This document shows, piece by piece, positions 1 to 9,460 of a DNA stretch of 64,000 nucleotides (within the stretch, counting starts at the first letter, position 1; each line of letters opens with the position of its first letter). Source of the stretch: Candidatus Brocadiales bacterium (GTDB taxonomy: Bacteria > Planctomycetota > Brocadiia > Brocadiales > Bathyanammoxibiaceae); assembly GCA_046758865.1 (NCBI GenBank), contig JBHIBD010000003.1, positions 4,440 to 68,439 of the forward strand, written 5' to 3'. The notes beneath the pieces are model-generated. The model was given only the letters and a program-made list of their open reading frames with translations. It was not told the DNA's origin and ran no database searches. Position numbers and translations under genes: made by a program.

Positions 1-618
1 AAGCACCCCCGCCTTGCAGGCCGCCCAGAATATGTCTCCGGTGAGTCCGTATACACCGCCCACCAATGCAACCTTTACCCTCCCAAGTTTAAGAAAATCA
101 GATGCGCATATTATTGCATCCACACCGCTGGACTCGCCGGTGGAGATAGTGGAATTAAGCCCTTTTGCCTGACAAAATATTGAGACACGACTGGCAGGGG
201 CGTTTAGGACCGTATTAGGAAAATCCATCGGGTTCACATAGTTAGGCCCTTCCCTAAGGGCCTCCATGTCAAAGGTGCTTATGCTGTCAATACTACCAAA
301 GGTAGAGCCAAGCACTATACCAACGTCTTCCTCCTCGTATGCATCACCAAGATTGGCATCATCCAAGCACATCCTCGAGGTCGCAGTTACCAAGAGGGAT
401 GTCCTGTCAAAATGCCGCAAGCCTTTCTTGCCTAATAACTCGTTGGGGTCAAAGTCTGGTATCTCACCGGCCCTTTTAGAACTACATTTACCCACGTCAA
501 AAAGGCTTACAGGTTTTATACCGTAGACACCGTTCTGCAGGTTTTCCCAGAAACTCTTCTTACCCACACCAACAGGGCTTATAACGCCCATGCCTGTAAC
601 CACTACCCTTTTTTCCAT
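1..618 (-). CDS. Ketosynthase-like protein, N-terminal 206 aa only (gene continues past the left edge). The catalytic Cys is replaced by Glu, as in a chain-length-factor-like partner.
   Basis: Absent from the ORF track because there is no stop in the window. Hand translation from ATG at 618 gives MEKRVVVTGMGVISPVGVGKKSFWENL...GLNSTISTGESSGVDAIICASDFLKLGRV. This is colinear with the KS at 691-1911 ([29 protein letters not shown]). Confidence 0.8.
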   Translation of the reverse strand, partial: MEKRVVVTGMGVISPVGVGKKSFWENLQNGVYGIKPVSLFDVGKCSSKRAGEIPDFDPNELLGKKGLRHFDRTSLLVTATSRMCLDDANLGDAYEEEDVGIVLGSTFGSIDSISTFDMEALREGPNYVNPMDFPNTVLNAPASRVSIFCQAKGLNSTISTGESSGVDAIICASDFLKLGRVKVALVGGVYGLTGDIFWAACKAGVL

Positions 619-690
619 CAGTCTGTTTGTCTCAAAGGTCAAAAAATAGAAAACGGTTGGATGAAGACTATCACTGCACCTGTTCGTGGT

Positions 691-1911
691 TTAGTTAAGG
701 AACTTCTTGACTACCAGACAACTATTATTGCCACCAAAGGCGAACGCAGTATTAAGGGCAATGTCTACGCGGTGTTCTCGCGAGACATTAGGCACATAGT
801 CCAGGTCGCACTCAGGGTCTTTTGTCTCGTAGTTTATAGTGGGTGGGACAACATCGTTTTTGACTGTCAGCGCGCAGGCAATTGCTTCTATGGCACTTGC
901 CGCCCCCATGGTATGGCCTAATATGGACTTTATTGAACTCACCATGAGTTTCTCGGCGTGCTCACCGAACACCTTCTTTATGGAAATAGTTTCTGCCTTA
1001 TCGTTGGCAACGGTGCCAGTGCCATGGGCGTTGATGTACTGTACATCTGCAGGATTAATCTGAGCATCCTGCAAGGCCCTTTTAACAGAAGAGATTACTC
1101 CGTCTCCCTGAGGGTGAGGAATGGTGATGTGATAGCCATCGCAACTCAGACCGTAACCTATAATCTCTGCATAAATCTCAGCATCTCTTGCCAATGCGCC
1201 ATCCAGTGACTCTAGCAGCAGTATGCCAGCTCCCTCTCCGATCAACATTCCCTTCCGATTCTTGTCGAAAGGTCGACACACGTCCGGTGCCACTGCACCC
1301 AGGCGGCTAAAGCCCGTAAAAGCTACCTTCGAAAATGGGTCTGAACCGCCCGCAAACATGAAATCCACTCTCCCCAACTTTATAAGGTCACAGGCATAAC
1401 CAATGGCGTAGTTACCCGCCGCACATGCGGTAGGTATCATGGTATTGGGGCCTCGAAACCCAAATACCCTGGCTATATTAGCAGGAATATTATTGCACGG
1501 ATGCTGAAGAAAGAGCTGTGTGTCTATCTGGTCCTCATCTTGCTCGTGTCTGAGGAGATCTATCTTTTCAAGAATTTGTATCTCCCCACCGGTCGTCCCA
1601 ACAGAGACACCTATCCTATCGGGTTCTATCTTACCCAAGTCAAGCCGTGAATTGTCCAGTGCTATCTTGGTGGCTGCTATAGCAAACTGAGAACCCTTGC
1701 CGATATCCCCGATTGAACCATTGTCTATATAGTCGCGAAAATTAAAGTCCTTTACCTCGCAACCCTTGTGGACCTTATGGCGTGAGGTGTCAAAGCACGT
1801 AACATCACCAACACCTGATTTACCTGCCAGTACCGCCTCCCAAAAGGTCTTCTCTCCTGACCCAACGGGCGTTATCATGCCTATGCCCGTAATAACCACA
1901 CGCTTATTCAT
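691..1911 (-). CDS. Beta-ketoacyl-ACP synthase II family (FabF-type KS), catalytically complete
   Basis: 406 aa. Cys-His-His triad motifs are present: [28 protein letters not shown] start. Confidence 0.9.
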   Translation of the reverse strand: MNKRVVITGIGMITPVGSGEKTFWEAVLAGKSGVGDVTCFDTSRHKVHKGCEVKDFNFRDYIDNGSIGDIGKGSQFAIAATKIALDNSRLDLGKIEPDRIGVSVGTTGGEIQILEKIDLLRHEQDEDQIDTQLFLQHPCNNIPANIARVFGFRGPNTMIPTACAAGNYAIGYACDLIKLGRVDFMFAGGSDPFSKVAFTGFSRLGAVAPDVCRPFDKNRKGMLIGEGAGILLLESLDGALARDAEIYAEIIGYGLSCDGYHITIPHPQGDGVISSVKRALQDAQINPADVQYINAHGTGTVANDKAETISIKKVFGEHAEKLMVSSIKSILGHTMGAASAIEAIACALTVKNDVVPPTINYETKDPECDLDYVPNVSREHRVDIALNTAFAFGGNNSCLVVKKFLN

Positions 1912-1923
1912 AATACTTTTACC

Positions 1924-2373
1924 TTAACCAAGAGCTGTTTTATCGGCCGTCGCAAAGGTGAAAGAGGCCTTGGCCACCGTATCCTCTCCGACCTTTGCAA
2001 CACCCCGCACCATTGCAGCACTAGAGACCACCTTTTCTACCTCTACCTCCAAGAACAGCTGGTCCCCGGGGAAAACCGGCTTTACAAAGTTTGCTTTTAC
2101 CGAGGCTAGCAAGAAGACTGCGTCTGGATTATCGTCCTGTTTGAAGCTCTTTTTAAAGAGTATTATTGAGGCCTGAGCTAAGGCCTCGAGGGTAAGCGCC
2201 CCAGGCATTATGGCGTACTCTGGGAAGTGTCCTACGAAGAAGGGTTCGTTGCCAGAAACATTCTTAAGGCATACTATTCTTTTCCCCTCCTCTAATTCAA
2301 CAACTTTATCTATGAACAGGAAGGGGTATTTTTGAGGAACAAGCCTCTTTACCTCCTCAAAATTCATTATCAT
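1924..2373 (-). CDS. fabZ: FabZ-type 3-hydroxyacyl-ACP dehydratase
   Basis: Motifs YPFLFIDKV and GHFPEYAIMPGALTLEALAQ (hotdog His/Glu). The ORF-track start at 2391 is TTG; the ATG at 2373 has GAAGGGG upstream. Confidence 0.85.
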   Translation of the reverse strand: MIMNFEEVKRLVPQKYPFLFIDKVVELEEGKRIVCLKNVSGNEPFFVGHFPEYAIMPGALTLEALAQASIILFKKSFKQDDNPDAVFLLASVKANFVKPVFPGDQLFLEVEVEKVVSSAAMVRGVAKVGEDTVAKASFTFATADKTALG

Positions 2374-2402
2374 ATAGGCCCCTTCTACCAAGCCTTTTGG
2401 GC

Positions 2403-2678
2403 CTAGGCCTCCTGCAGCCTTCCACTCTCAGCCAGTACTGCTTTGGTCATGTCAATGGTAGCTGTCAGAGAGGTAATATCTACCAGTTTCTCCTCTGGTA
2501 TCTGAATCTTAAATTTCTTCTCAATAAGCGCCAATATCTCCAGGGCCAAGAGGGAGTCTATCTCCAGTTCCTTAAAGAAATCGGCGTCCCTCTTGTTCCA
2601 AATCTCATCCCTGTCTAGTTCCGTCACCTCAGCAACAATGGACGTCACTTCTTTTTCAATATCTTCTGCGTTCAACAC
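2403..2678 (-). CDS. Acyl carrier protein
   Basis: 91 aa with LEIDSLLALEI (DSL phosphopantetheine serine motif). AGGAGG lies just upstream. Start is GTG at 2678 or TTG at 2675. Confidence 0.85.
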   Translation of the reverse strand: MLNAEDIEKEVTSIVAEVTELDRDEIWNKRDADFFKELEIDSLLALEILALIEKKFKIQIPEEKLVDITSLTATIDMTKAVLAESGRLQEA

Positions 2679-2761
2679 TTCCTCCTTACGGTCTCAAAAG
2701 TCGCCAAATTACACAAAACAGCCAACCCTGAAGACATATCATACCCCCTTAAAGAGATTAA

Positions 2762-2791
2762 CATATACCACAGGCTCAACTATATTGTCAA
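2762..2791 (-). promoter_or_regulatory. Candidate sigma70-type promoter for the ACP-FabZ-KS operon
   Basis: Minus-strand TTGACA (2791-2786), 18-nt spacer, TATATG (2767-2762). Confidence 0.3.
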
Positions 2792-2875
2792 TAGCAATCT
2801 TAAATGATCGATTTTATGTAAAGGAAACTCATTATATAAGTTGGGCTTACAGGGAGGACGGTAATACAATGATGA

Positions 2876-3160
2876 TTAAGCAGTGTGTGAACCCTTCTGC
2901 GGGGACTTCCCCTTCTCAGCGGTTTTTCCCTTATCTGTAGATTTGCCCTCTTCTGCCTTGGCCTTCTGCCGGTATTCCTGGCTGCGGTAGTCGGTCTGAT
3001 AAAATCCACTGCCCTTGAAGATGACAGCACTACCGGCACCAAGAAGCCTGGTAGCCCTGTTGCCGCACTTAGGGCACTTCTTTACGTTGCTTGCCGTTAT
3101 AGACTCAAATCGCTCGAACACATGGCCACAACCCTTACACTCGTATTCATAAGTGGGCAT
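2876..3160 (-). CDS. FmdB-family zinc-ribbon protein with a Lys/Glu-rich tail
   Basis: MPTYEYECKGCGH...CPKCG (two CxxC pairs). ATG at 3160 is preceded by GGAGGT. The longer ORF-track N-terminus is probably an over-extension. Confidence 0.8.
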   Translation of the reverse strand: MPTYEYECKGCGHVFERFESITASNVKKCPKCGNRATRLLGAGSAVIFKGSGFYQTDYRSQEYRQKAKAEEGKSTDKGKTAEKGKSPQKGSHTA

Positions 3161-3272
3161 TTCATACCTCCACAATAAGGAAATCCACGACAACCACAAA
3201 CAATTAATTATAAGCAAAAGACACGTCATGTCTATAGCAAATTGGCGGGATTTTGTGGACAGCACCCTGCAG

Positions 3273-5459
3273 CTATTTAAACTTAAACCCCTTCTCAGTA
3301 AAAAGTCTCACGCAGGCATCCACCGCATTAGCATCATAAAGGACGCCCCTATTTTTTGAGATTTCCTCAAGGGCCTTGTCTATGCCGAGGGCCGGGCGGT
3401 AGGGTCGGTGAGAGGACATTGCCTCAACAACGTCCGCTACCCCCAGGATTCTTGCCTCCAGGATAATATCTTCACCTGATAGACCTGCAGGATATCCAGA
3501 ACCGTCCATTCTCTCCTGATGTTGAAGCACGATTTTGGCAACCGGCCATGGGAATTCTACCTCCTTCAATATGTCATAACCGGCCTGAGGGTGAGTTTTA
3601 ATCATATTGTGTTCAGTCTTGGTTAGGCGACCTGGCTTACTGAGAATCTCAGCGGGTACAGCTATCTTGCCGATATCGTGGATAACACCAGCCATACGGA
3701 TTCCATCAATCTGCTCCCTCGAAAGGCCCATCTCCCTGGCTATGGTACGGGCAAGATCGGCCACGCGCCGCTGATGGCTGGCCGTGTAGGGGTCCCTCGT
3801 CTCGACTGTCGATGCCAGGGCCTGAATAGTCCCCCCCAGGGACCGCCGCAACTTCTCAGTGCTCTGCTTAAGTTCTTCCTCTGCTTGCTTTCTAACACTA
3901 ATGTCAGTATAGTGTTCGACGCGCCCCCCTTCGTATAAACCAGCGGTTATGGGTTGACTCCAATGGTTTAGCCACCGTTCTTCACGTCCATCGCCAGGAA
4001 GTACATGACAGACAAAATTCTCCACGTAGGTATTATTGTCATAAGTCTTAAAGATGACTTCCTTAAACTTCTCTCCTTCCTCAAAAATATGATGTATCTT
4101 GTCCTTTATAAGTTGTCTCTTATCTTTACCAATTACGTCATCTCGTTTTAGACCAAAATAAGATTCTAGTGCCTTATTTACCCACACCACGCGGAAATCC
4201 TTATCGAGGATAAAGACACCCACCTTTGAGCTATCCAGTACATCATCGGTTAAGGTACGGTAGCGTCCCTCGCTCTCTCGCAGTGCCTCCTCTGCCCGCT
4301 TGCGCTCGGCGATTTCCTTTACAAGCTCTTCGGTACGCACTAATTTACGGGTTTTCTCCACAATCTCCTCAGCCATAATATTAAAGCTGCTGGCCAGGGA
4401 GCCTATCTCGTCCCTGCGGGCGAGCTGAACTCTACATTCTAAGTCTCCGTCTGAAAATCTCTTCATTGCGTCCGTCAATCTTTTGATGGGCCTTGACATT
4501 GAAATAGCAAAGATAATTCCCACACTGGTGACTGCAGCAACACCAATAAGCCCCATAATCAATGCAGCAGTGCCAAGGGTTTTTAATGGTGCAAAGGCCT
4601 CTAACTTATCTATCTCTACCAAGAGCGTCCAGTCATATTTGGGCATATACATAGAGGCGCCGACTACGGGTATGCCCCTGTAGTTACGATAAATGCCGGT
4701 CATTTCTTCACCCTGGGCGCTCCTGCGAACAGGCTCCGTGTCCACCACCTGCCTCAGGGGAGTACCCTCTATGAACCTCGACTCAGTGAGCATTATCCCG
4801 TCCCTATCAACCAGATAGACCTCTCCGGTCTCTCCCAACCCGGTCCACTCGTATGTGACATCGCTCAGGGCCTCCAGCTTGAGAACATTAACCAGGACAC
4901 CTATTCGTTCATGAAACCCTTTAGAGGTAAGAGGGGTAAAGATAGAGAAGCAATCTGTTCCCGCTTGAGGGTAATGGAAGGGACGTTTGAGACGGATAGC
5001 CCCCCTGCCTTGCTGAATGTACTTGAAGTCCTCGTCACTGGATATATCGATCCCTATTACCTCCTCATTACTAGAGGAGACAATCTCCCCCTTGGGGTTT
5101 ATGACGGATATCTCCACGAGATTCTTATCTACCAGGAGCTTCTTATTTACCCGGAGATGCCTGTTGAGTTCCCGGACGGTCAGGTCAGCGTCGGGGCCCT
5201 GTAGGTTTATCCTCTCAAGGCTGTCCCTTATAAATCCATCGGAGCTGAAGGCCATTGCCTGATTCTTCTCTGCTGCTAGAAAAGACAGGACGTGAAGCTC
5301 TCTTGACTCTGCAACTGCTCTCAGCTTCTCCATCGTCTGGCGCTTTATGGTACTCCTGGCATGGAAGTAGCCTATCGTTGTGATTGCGGCAATGGGTATG
5401 AGCGAGATGCAGAGTCCAAATATAAGTAATCTGCCCCTAATTGACCGGACTGCATTCAT
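3273..5459 (-). CDS. Membrane sensor with periplasmic Cache-like, HAMP, PAS and HD-GYP phosphodiesterase domains
   Basis: Contains HDIGKIAVP...HQERMDGSGYP, a TM helix followed by a HAMP-like segment, and a coiled coil. The ORF-track start at 5501 is TTG; the ATG at 5459 (MNAVRS...) is more likely. Confidence 0.8.
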   Translation of the reverse strand: MNAVRSIRGRLLIFGLCISLIPIAAITTIGYFHARSTIKRQTMEKLRAVAESRELHVLSFLAAEKNQAMAFSSDGFIRDSLERINLQGPDADLTVRELNRHLRVNKKLLVDKNLVEISVINPKGEIVSSSNEEVIGIDISSDEDFKYIQQGRGAIRLKRPFHYPQAGTDCFSIFTPLTSKGFHERIGVLVNVLKLEALSDVTYEWTGLGETGEVYLVDRDGIMLTESRFIEGTPLRQVVDTEPVRRSAQGEEMTGIYRNYRGIPVVGASMYMPKYDWTLLVEIDKLEAFAPLKTLGTAALIMGLIGVAAVTSVGIIFAISMSRPIKRLTDAMKRFSDGDLECRVQLARRDEIGSLASSFNIMAEEIVEKTRKLVRTEELVKEIAERKRAEEALRESEGRYRTLTDDVLDSSKVGVFILDKDFRVVWVNKALESYFGLKRDDVIGKDKRQLIKDKIHHIFEEGEKFKEVIFKTYDNNTYVENFVCHVLPGDGREERWLNHWSQPITAGLYEGGRVEHYTDISVRKQAEEELKQSTEKLRRSLGGTIQALASTVETRDPYTASHQRRVADLARTIAREMGLSREQIDGIRMAGVIHDIGKIAVPAEILSKPGRLTKTEHNMIKTHPQAGYDILKEVEFPWPVAKIVLQHQERMDGSGYPAGLSGEDIILEARILGVADVVEAMSSHRPYRPALGIDKALEEISKNRGVLYDANAVDACVRLFTEKGFKFK

Positions 5460-5772
5460 CCCTAATCCCTTATGCAGGAAAGGTAAATGTAAGCATTCCA
5501 AAACGTTGCAACCGGGTACATTGCTGACTCATCCACGCGTCACAAGTGCGGACTTTTAGGTACCGGCTACAATGAATGAGTGAACTTTATGCTAAGCTGG
5601 CAGCTCACAAAAAACATACCACAATAATACGAAATGGCAAGTTTATTTGTCTATTTGGAGGGGAATTTTACAACATTGTGTTCAATATCTACATTGAGGA
5701 TTACATTGCAAACGACGTTTGGGAGCTTCGCAGAAATTAAATCTTTATGTTGCGTGGTCTGCGCAAAACGGA

Positions 5773-6693
5773 TTACCGGGAAGGTTCTACCCGTGAGAGA
5801 ATCTCTTTCTCCCAAAGGAATTTATAGACAAATACCTGGGGCACCAGGAAAAAGACAATGAGAGAATACCATAAAACCCTGCCAATCCAGTGAGGCTCTG
5901 CCTGGGGCGTGAACCCGGGACTTCTCACCATCCTTAGTGCATCGTCCCGACACTGCTCCCGACACAGACTGCATCCCATACAGAGGTCTTCCTTGAGGCC
6001 GGGAGGGGTTCCCCCTGTAAGGGCCCTCACCGGACATGCATCCACACAGCTTCCACAACCGGTGCAGTTCTCTGCATCAAATTCCGGGCGGTACGGGCCG
6101 CTTATCACGGCCTCCTCTAGCCCGATGTCATACCTTAGAATCATGGGCACGCAGCAGCAACGGCAACACAGACATATCGAATACGAATTAGGTGCGACAC
6201 AGTGTTCTAGCTGTGCCACAAGGCCCTTTGAAAAACCACCGCGGATAACCTCCTCCGCCTCCTCTCTGGAAATCCTCCGCGCCCCGGGCCTGCCCGCCAT
6301 TACCTCGGCAGCAGTGTTTATCTTCATGCACGTCATGCGTGGTGCATCGCAGCGATGGTGAAGCTCTCTGCACGGACACGGGCTCACAACTATTGACCTT
6401 GCCCGCGCCACCACCCCAAGCACTGCCTCCATGGGCAAGGGCATCCCACCATGGACCTTCAGTGCATACTCCGCCATCAAGGGCCTTGCAAGCCAGCGGC
6501 CTATGAGGGGCACTCGCAGTGCTGACCTGGCACTGTCAACATAAAAGCTGAGGACGACATAGTAGTTAGAGAAAAGGAGACCCAGCAACGACTTCCTTGT
6601 TCGGCTACCGGAGTCAAAGAGCTGGACCACATCGGGCATAGTCTTCTGCATCTGTCCCTCACACATAAGCGCACTCAGCAAGACCCAAAGCAA
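5773..6693 (-). CDS. Cys-rich Fe-S protein with a 2x[4Fe-4S] ferredoxin segment and a C-terminal hydrophobic helix
   Basis: CTGCGSCVDACP and CMGCSLCREQC, plus SPCPCRELHHRC and CLCCRCCCVP. The tail is WIGRVLWYSLIVFFLVPQVFVY. Confidence 0.7.
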   Translation of the reverse strand: MLWVLLSALMCEGQMQKTMPDVVQLFDSGSRTRKSLLGLLFSNYYVVLSFYVDSARSALRVPLIGRWLARPLMAEYALKVHGGMPLPMEAVLGVVARARSIVVSPCPCRELHHRCDAPRMTCMKINTAAEVMAGRPGARRISREEAEEVIRGGFSKGLVAQLEHCVAPNSYSICLCCRCCCVPMILRYDIGLEEAVISGPYRPEFDAENCTGCGSCVDACPVRALTGGTPPGLKEDLCMGCSLCREQCRDDALRMVRSPGFTPQAEPHWIGRVLWYSLIVFFLVPQVFVYKFLWEKEILSRVEPSR

Positions 6694-6725
6694 AAAAGCA
6701 ATCTAGCATATTATATGTTAAAGCG

Positions 6726-7985
6726 TCAATATCTAGACGCCCTCTCTTCTAACGGCGTGGACTTATATGTGGCGGAGTCCTTGAACCTGCTAATCTGCCT
6801 TGCCTCGTACCAGGAGGTAAACCTCTCCAGATATCTTAGTATTGGCCTGGGTGGTCTGGTTCTAACCCTCCTTAGCCCCTCGAGGGTTCTGTCTCCCCGC
6901 ATCACTTCACAGAAGGCGTACCACAGTCGGTCGTTCTTGCGATACAGGTTGTGGATGTAACTGGAGAAGGTATTGAAGAAACTCCGCATCTTGCCTGCGA
7001 CAATTATCTCCTGCATGAGGTTTGTATCTATCTCCTTTTCGTAGTCCAGAAGGCTGCCGTTGCCTCTAACAAGGTATTTTTTGACATGATGTGCAGCAAC
7101 CTGCCCACTCATCAGGGCATAATACAGCCCCTCACCTGTAAATGGGTCTGTAAGCCCAGCAGCATCCCCGACCAATACCCCCCAGGCTGAGGCAATAGGT
7201 TCTCCCAACCTCCTGGTAGGTATCGGATGTACACGGATACGTTCGTCTCTTATCTTCAGACCCTCTTTTTCCAGAAACGCCCGAAGGTATGCCCTCAATG
7301 TCCTGACCAATTCCCTGGGAACCATGGCACCGACAGTTAGGGTGGCCTCTTTGGGAAATATCCACGCATACCCACCCGGCACAGTGCCCCAGTCAATTAT
7401 AAAAAGGTCCCCTGGGATATGCTTGGTGCTACTATCTTTCTCCAGCTCGCAGATTACTCCCAACTGGACCTGAGCAATGCCTCCGGGGTTTATGGCCCTT
7501 CTCACTATGCTACCAGCCCCATCTGCCCCCACAACCACACGAGCACCAAAGACACCTCGTTCAGTAAAGACCTTAGTCTGCTTCACATGGTTAGGGGCAT
7601 GCTCAAGCGAGAGCGCCCTTTCTCCCAGTAACAGGGTCGCACCACTCTCCTGGGCATATCTGAGCAAGAGGTTGTCAAACCTCGCACGATTCACGGTGTA
7701 TGAGATGGGCAAGCTGTACCTCCTGGTAAACCTGCTTTTCAGCCGCCGCTGGAAGACCATACCGTAAATTTCCCGCTCCACCACCTCTTTGACACCAAAC
7801 GGTAACATACGTACGGCCTTCAACTGGAGTCCGCCCCCGCATACTTTGGGCCTGGAGGGCTTGGACGTACTCTTACCCTCTAATATGGCAACATTTATCC
7901 CACACTTGGCAAGCGTATAGGCGGTCATAGAGCCTGCGGGTCCACCACCTATTACTATACAATCGAAGGTCCTTAGTGGGGGCAT
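6726..7985 (-). CDS. FAD-dependent oxidoreductase, geranylgeranyl reductase family
   Basis: FDCIVIGGGPAGS dinucleotide fold and GDAAGLTDPFTGEGLYYALMSG. It starts 18 bp after the nuoN stop. Confidence 0.8.
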   Translation of the reverse strand: MPPLRTFDCIVIGGGPAGSMTAYTLAKCGINVAILEGKSTSKPSRPKVCGGGLQLKAVRMLPFGVKEVVEREIYGMVFQRRLKSRFTRRYSLPISYTVNRARFDNLLLRYAQESGATLLLGERALSLEHAPNHVKQTKVFTERGVFGARVVVGADGAGSIVRRAINPGGIAQVQLGVICELEKDSSTKHIPGDLFIIDWGTVPGGYAWIFPKEATLTVGAMVPRELVRTLRAYLRAFLEKEGLKIRDERIRVHPIPTRRLGEPIASAWGVLVGDAAGLTDPFTGEGLYYALMSGQVAAHHVKKYLVRGNGSLLDYEKEIDTNLMQEIIVAGKMRSFFNTFSSYIHNLYRKNDRLWYAFCEVMRGDRTLEGLRRVRTRPPRPILRYLERFTSWYEARQISRFKDSATYKSTPLEERASRY

Positions 7986-8003
7986 ATTCTATGTGGAAGG
8001 GAA

Positions 8004-9458
8004 CTACATAACGGGGGATGCTATTGCCGCAACGGCCTCTTTAATGATCCCTAACAGGGGAGAGGGATAAATACCCAGGACCAGGATGGTAACACCCAGT
8101 ACGGCCAGAACCAACCTCCCTGCTATGGGATGAGATACCACCACCTCACCCCTCCCTACAGGCATTGCGTACATCCTCAGCAGCAGTCCCAGGTAATAAT
8201 ACAAGGAAATAGCTGAATTCAACACACCTATCACGGCCAGGCCTATAAACCCCGAGTTTACCGCCGCACTAAATAGATAGAACTTCCCAATAAACCCTGC
8301 TGTAAGTGGAATCCCCGCCAGGGAAAGGAGGCACACAGATAGAGCCGCAGATTGTACGGGATAGGTGTAGGCCAGGGCCGTGTAATCCTGTATGCTGAGT
8401 CTCTCTTCAGGACCCCTTGAGAGATAAACCACACAACCGAATGCGGTAAGCCCCATAATGGCGTACACCGCCATGTAAAGGAGGGCAGCCTCCATTGCCC
8501 TTGTGTTAAGTGCGACTATGGCAACAAGCATGTAGCCCACGTGGGCAATACTGGAGTAGGCGAGCATCCTCTTGACGTTATCTTGAAGCAGGGCGGACAC
8601 GTTGCCTACAATCATACTTAACACCGAAATCCACCAGAGTGCTGACACCCAATCGACGTGCGGCACAGAGAATGGGTTTGCGAAAAGCCTCAACAAAAGG
8701 GCAAAGACAGCGACCTTGCTCCCCGCTGACAGGAATCCGCTAATGGGCGTGGGAGCCCCTTCGTAGACATCAGGCGCCCACATATGGAAAGGAACCATTG
8801 CCACCTTGAACCCCAGCCCCACCAGCATCATGGCTATGCCTATCTGTATGTGGAGTAGCGGTGCCCCCTCAGAGAGTTTCTGCTCTATCTTCAAGAAATC
8901 CATTGTCCCTGTTGCACCAAAGACCAGAGCTATGCCAAAAAGTAGGAAGGCACTGGCAAAGGCTCCTGTGAGCATGTACTTGATGGCGGCCTCGTTGGAC
9001 ACCCACCTCGTCTTCTGGGAGGCAACCAAGACATACGAGGACACCGACAAAAGCTCTATACCCAGGAACATCAGGAGTAGGTCCTTGCTTGACACGAGCA
9101 GCATCATCCCCAATGTGGCCAGAAGGATTAGCGGGTAGTACTTACCGCCATCAACACCTGTAATGTCCACATAGCCCAGGGACATCAACATTGTCACAAT
9201 CGCCACAAGAATAAAAATAGTATTAAAGAACACCGTATAGCCATTAACAGCCACCATGGATTCTTCATAGGGAACAACCACCCCCCATTGGGAATATGCT
9301 GCAAAAAGGGCGAGGACCAGCCCCAGGAGAGTCAATATAAATACTTGCCACGTATTGCGATAGAACGCATCCACCAACAGCCCCACCATCGCAAAAATGG
9401 CCACGATGAGCTGTGGCAGTATGGTGCCCAGATTAACGACCGGAAAGGCTATCTCCAT
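8004..9458 (-). CDS. nuoN: NADH-quinone oxidoreductase subunit N
   Basis: 484-aa polytopic antiporter-like protein, last in the nuoA-N order. Confidence 0.9.
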   Translation of the reverse strand: MEIAFPVVNLGTILPQLIVAIFAMVGLLVDAFYRNTWQVFILTLLGLVLALFAAYSQWGVVVPYEESMVAVNGYTVFFNTIFILVAIVTMLMSLGYVDITGVDGGKYYPLILLATLGMMLLVSSKDLLLMFLGIELLSVSSYVLVASQKTRWVSNEAAIKYMLTGAFASAFLLFGIALVFGATGTMDFLKIEQKLSEGAPLLHIQIGIAMMLVGLGFKVAMVPFHMWAPDVYEGAPTPISGFLSAGSKVAVFALLLRLFANPFSVPHVDWVSALWWISVLSMIVGNVSALLQDNVKRMLAYSSIAHVGYMLVAIVALNTRAMEAALLYMAVYAIMGLTAFGCVVYLSRGPEERLSIQDYTALAYTYPVQSAALSVCLLSLAGIPLTAGFIGKFYLFSAAVNSGFIGLAVIGVLNSAISLYYYLGLLLRMYAMPVGRGEVVVSHPIAGRLVLAVLGVTILVLGIYPSPLLGIIKEAVAAIASPVM

Positions 9459-9460
9459 GG

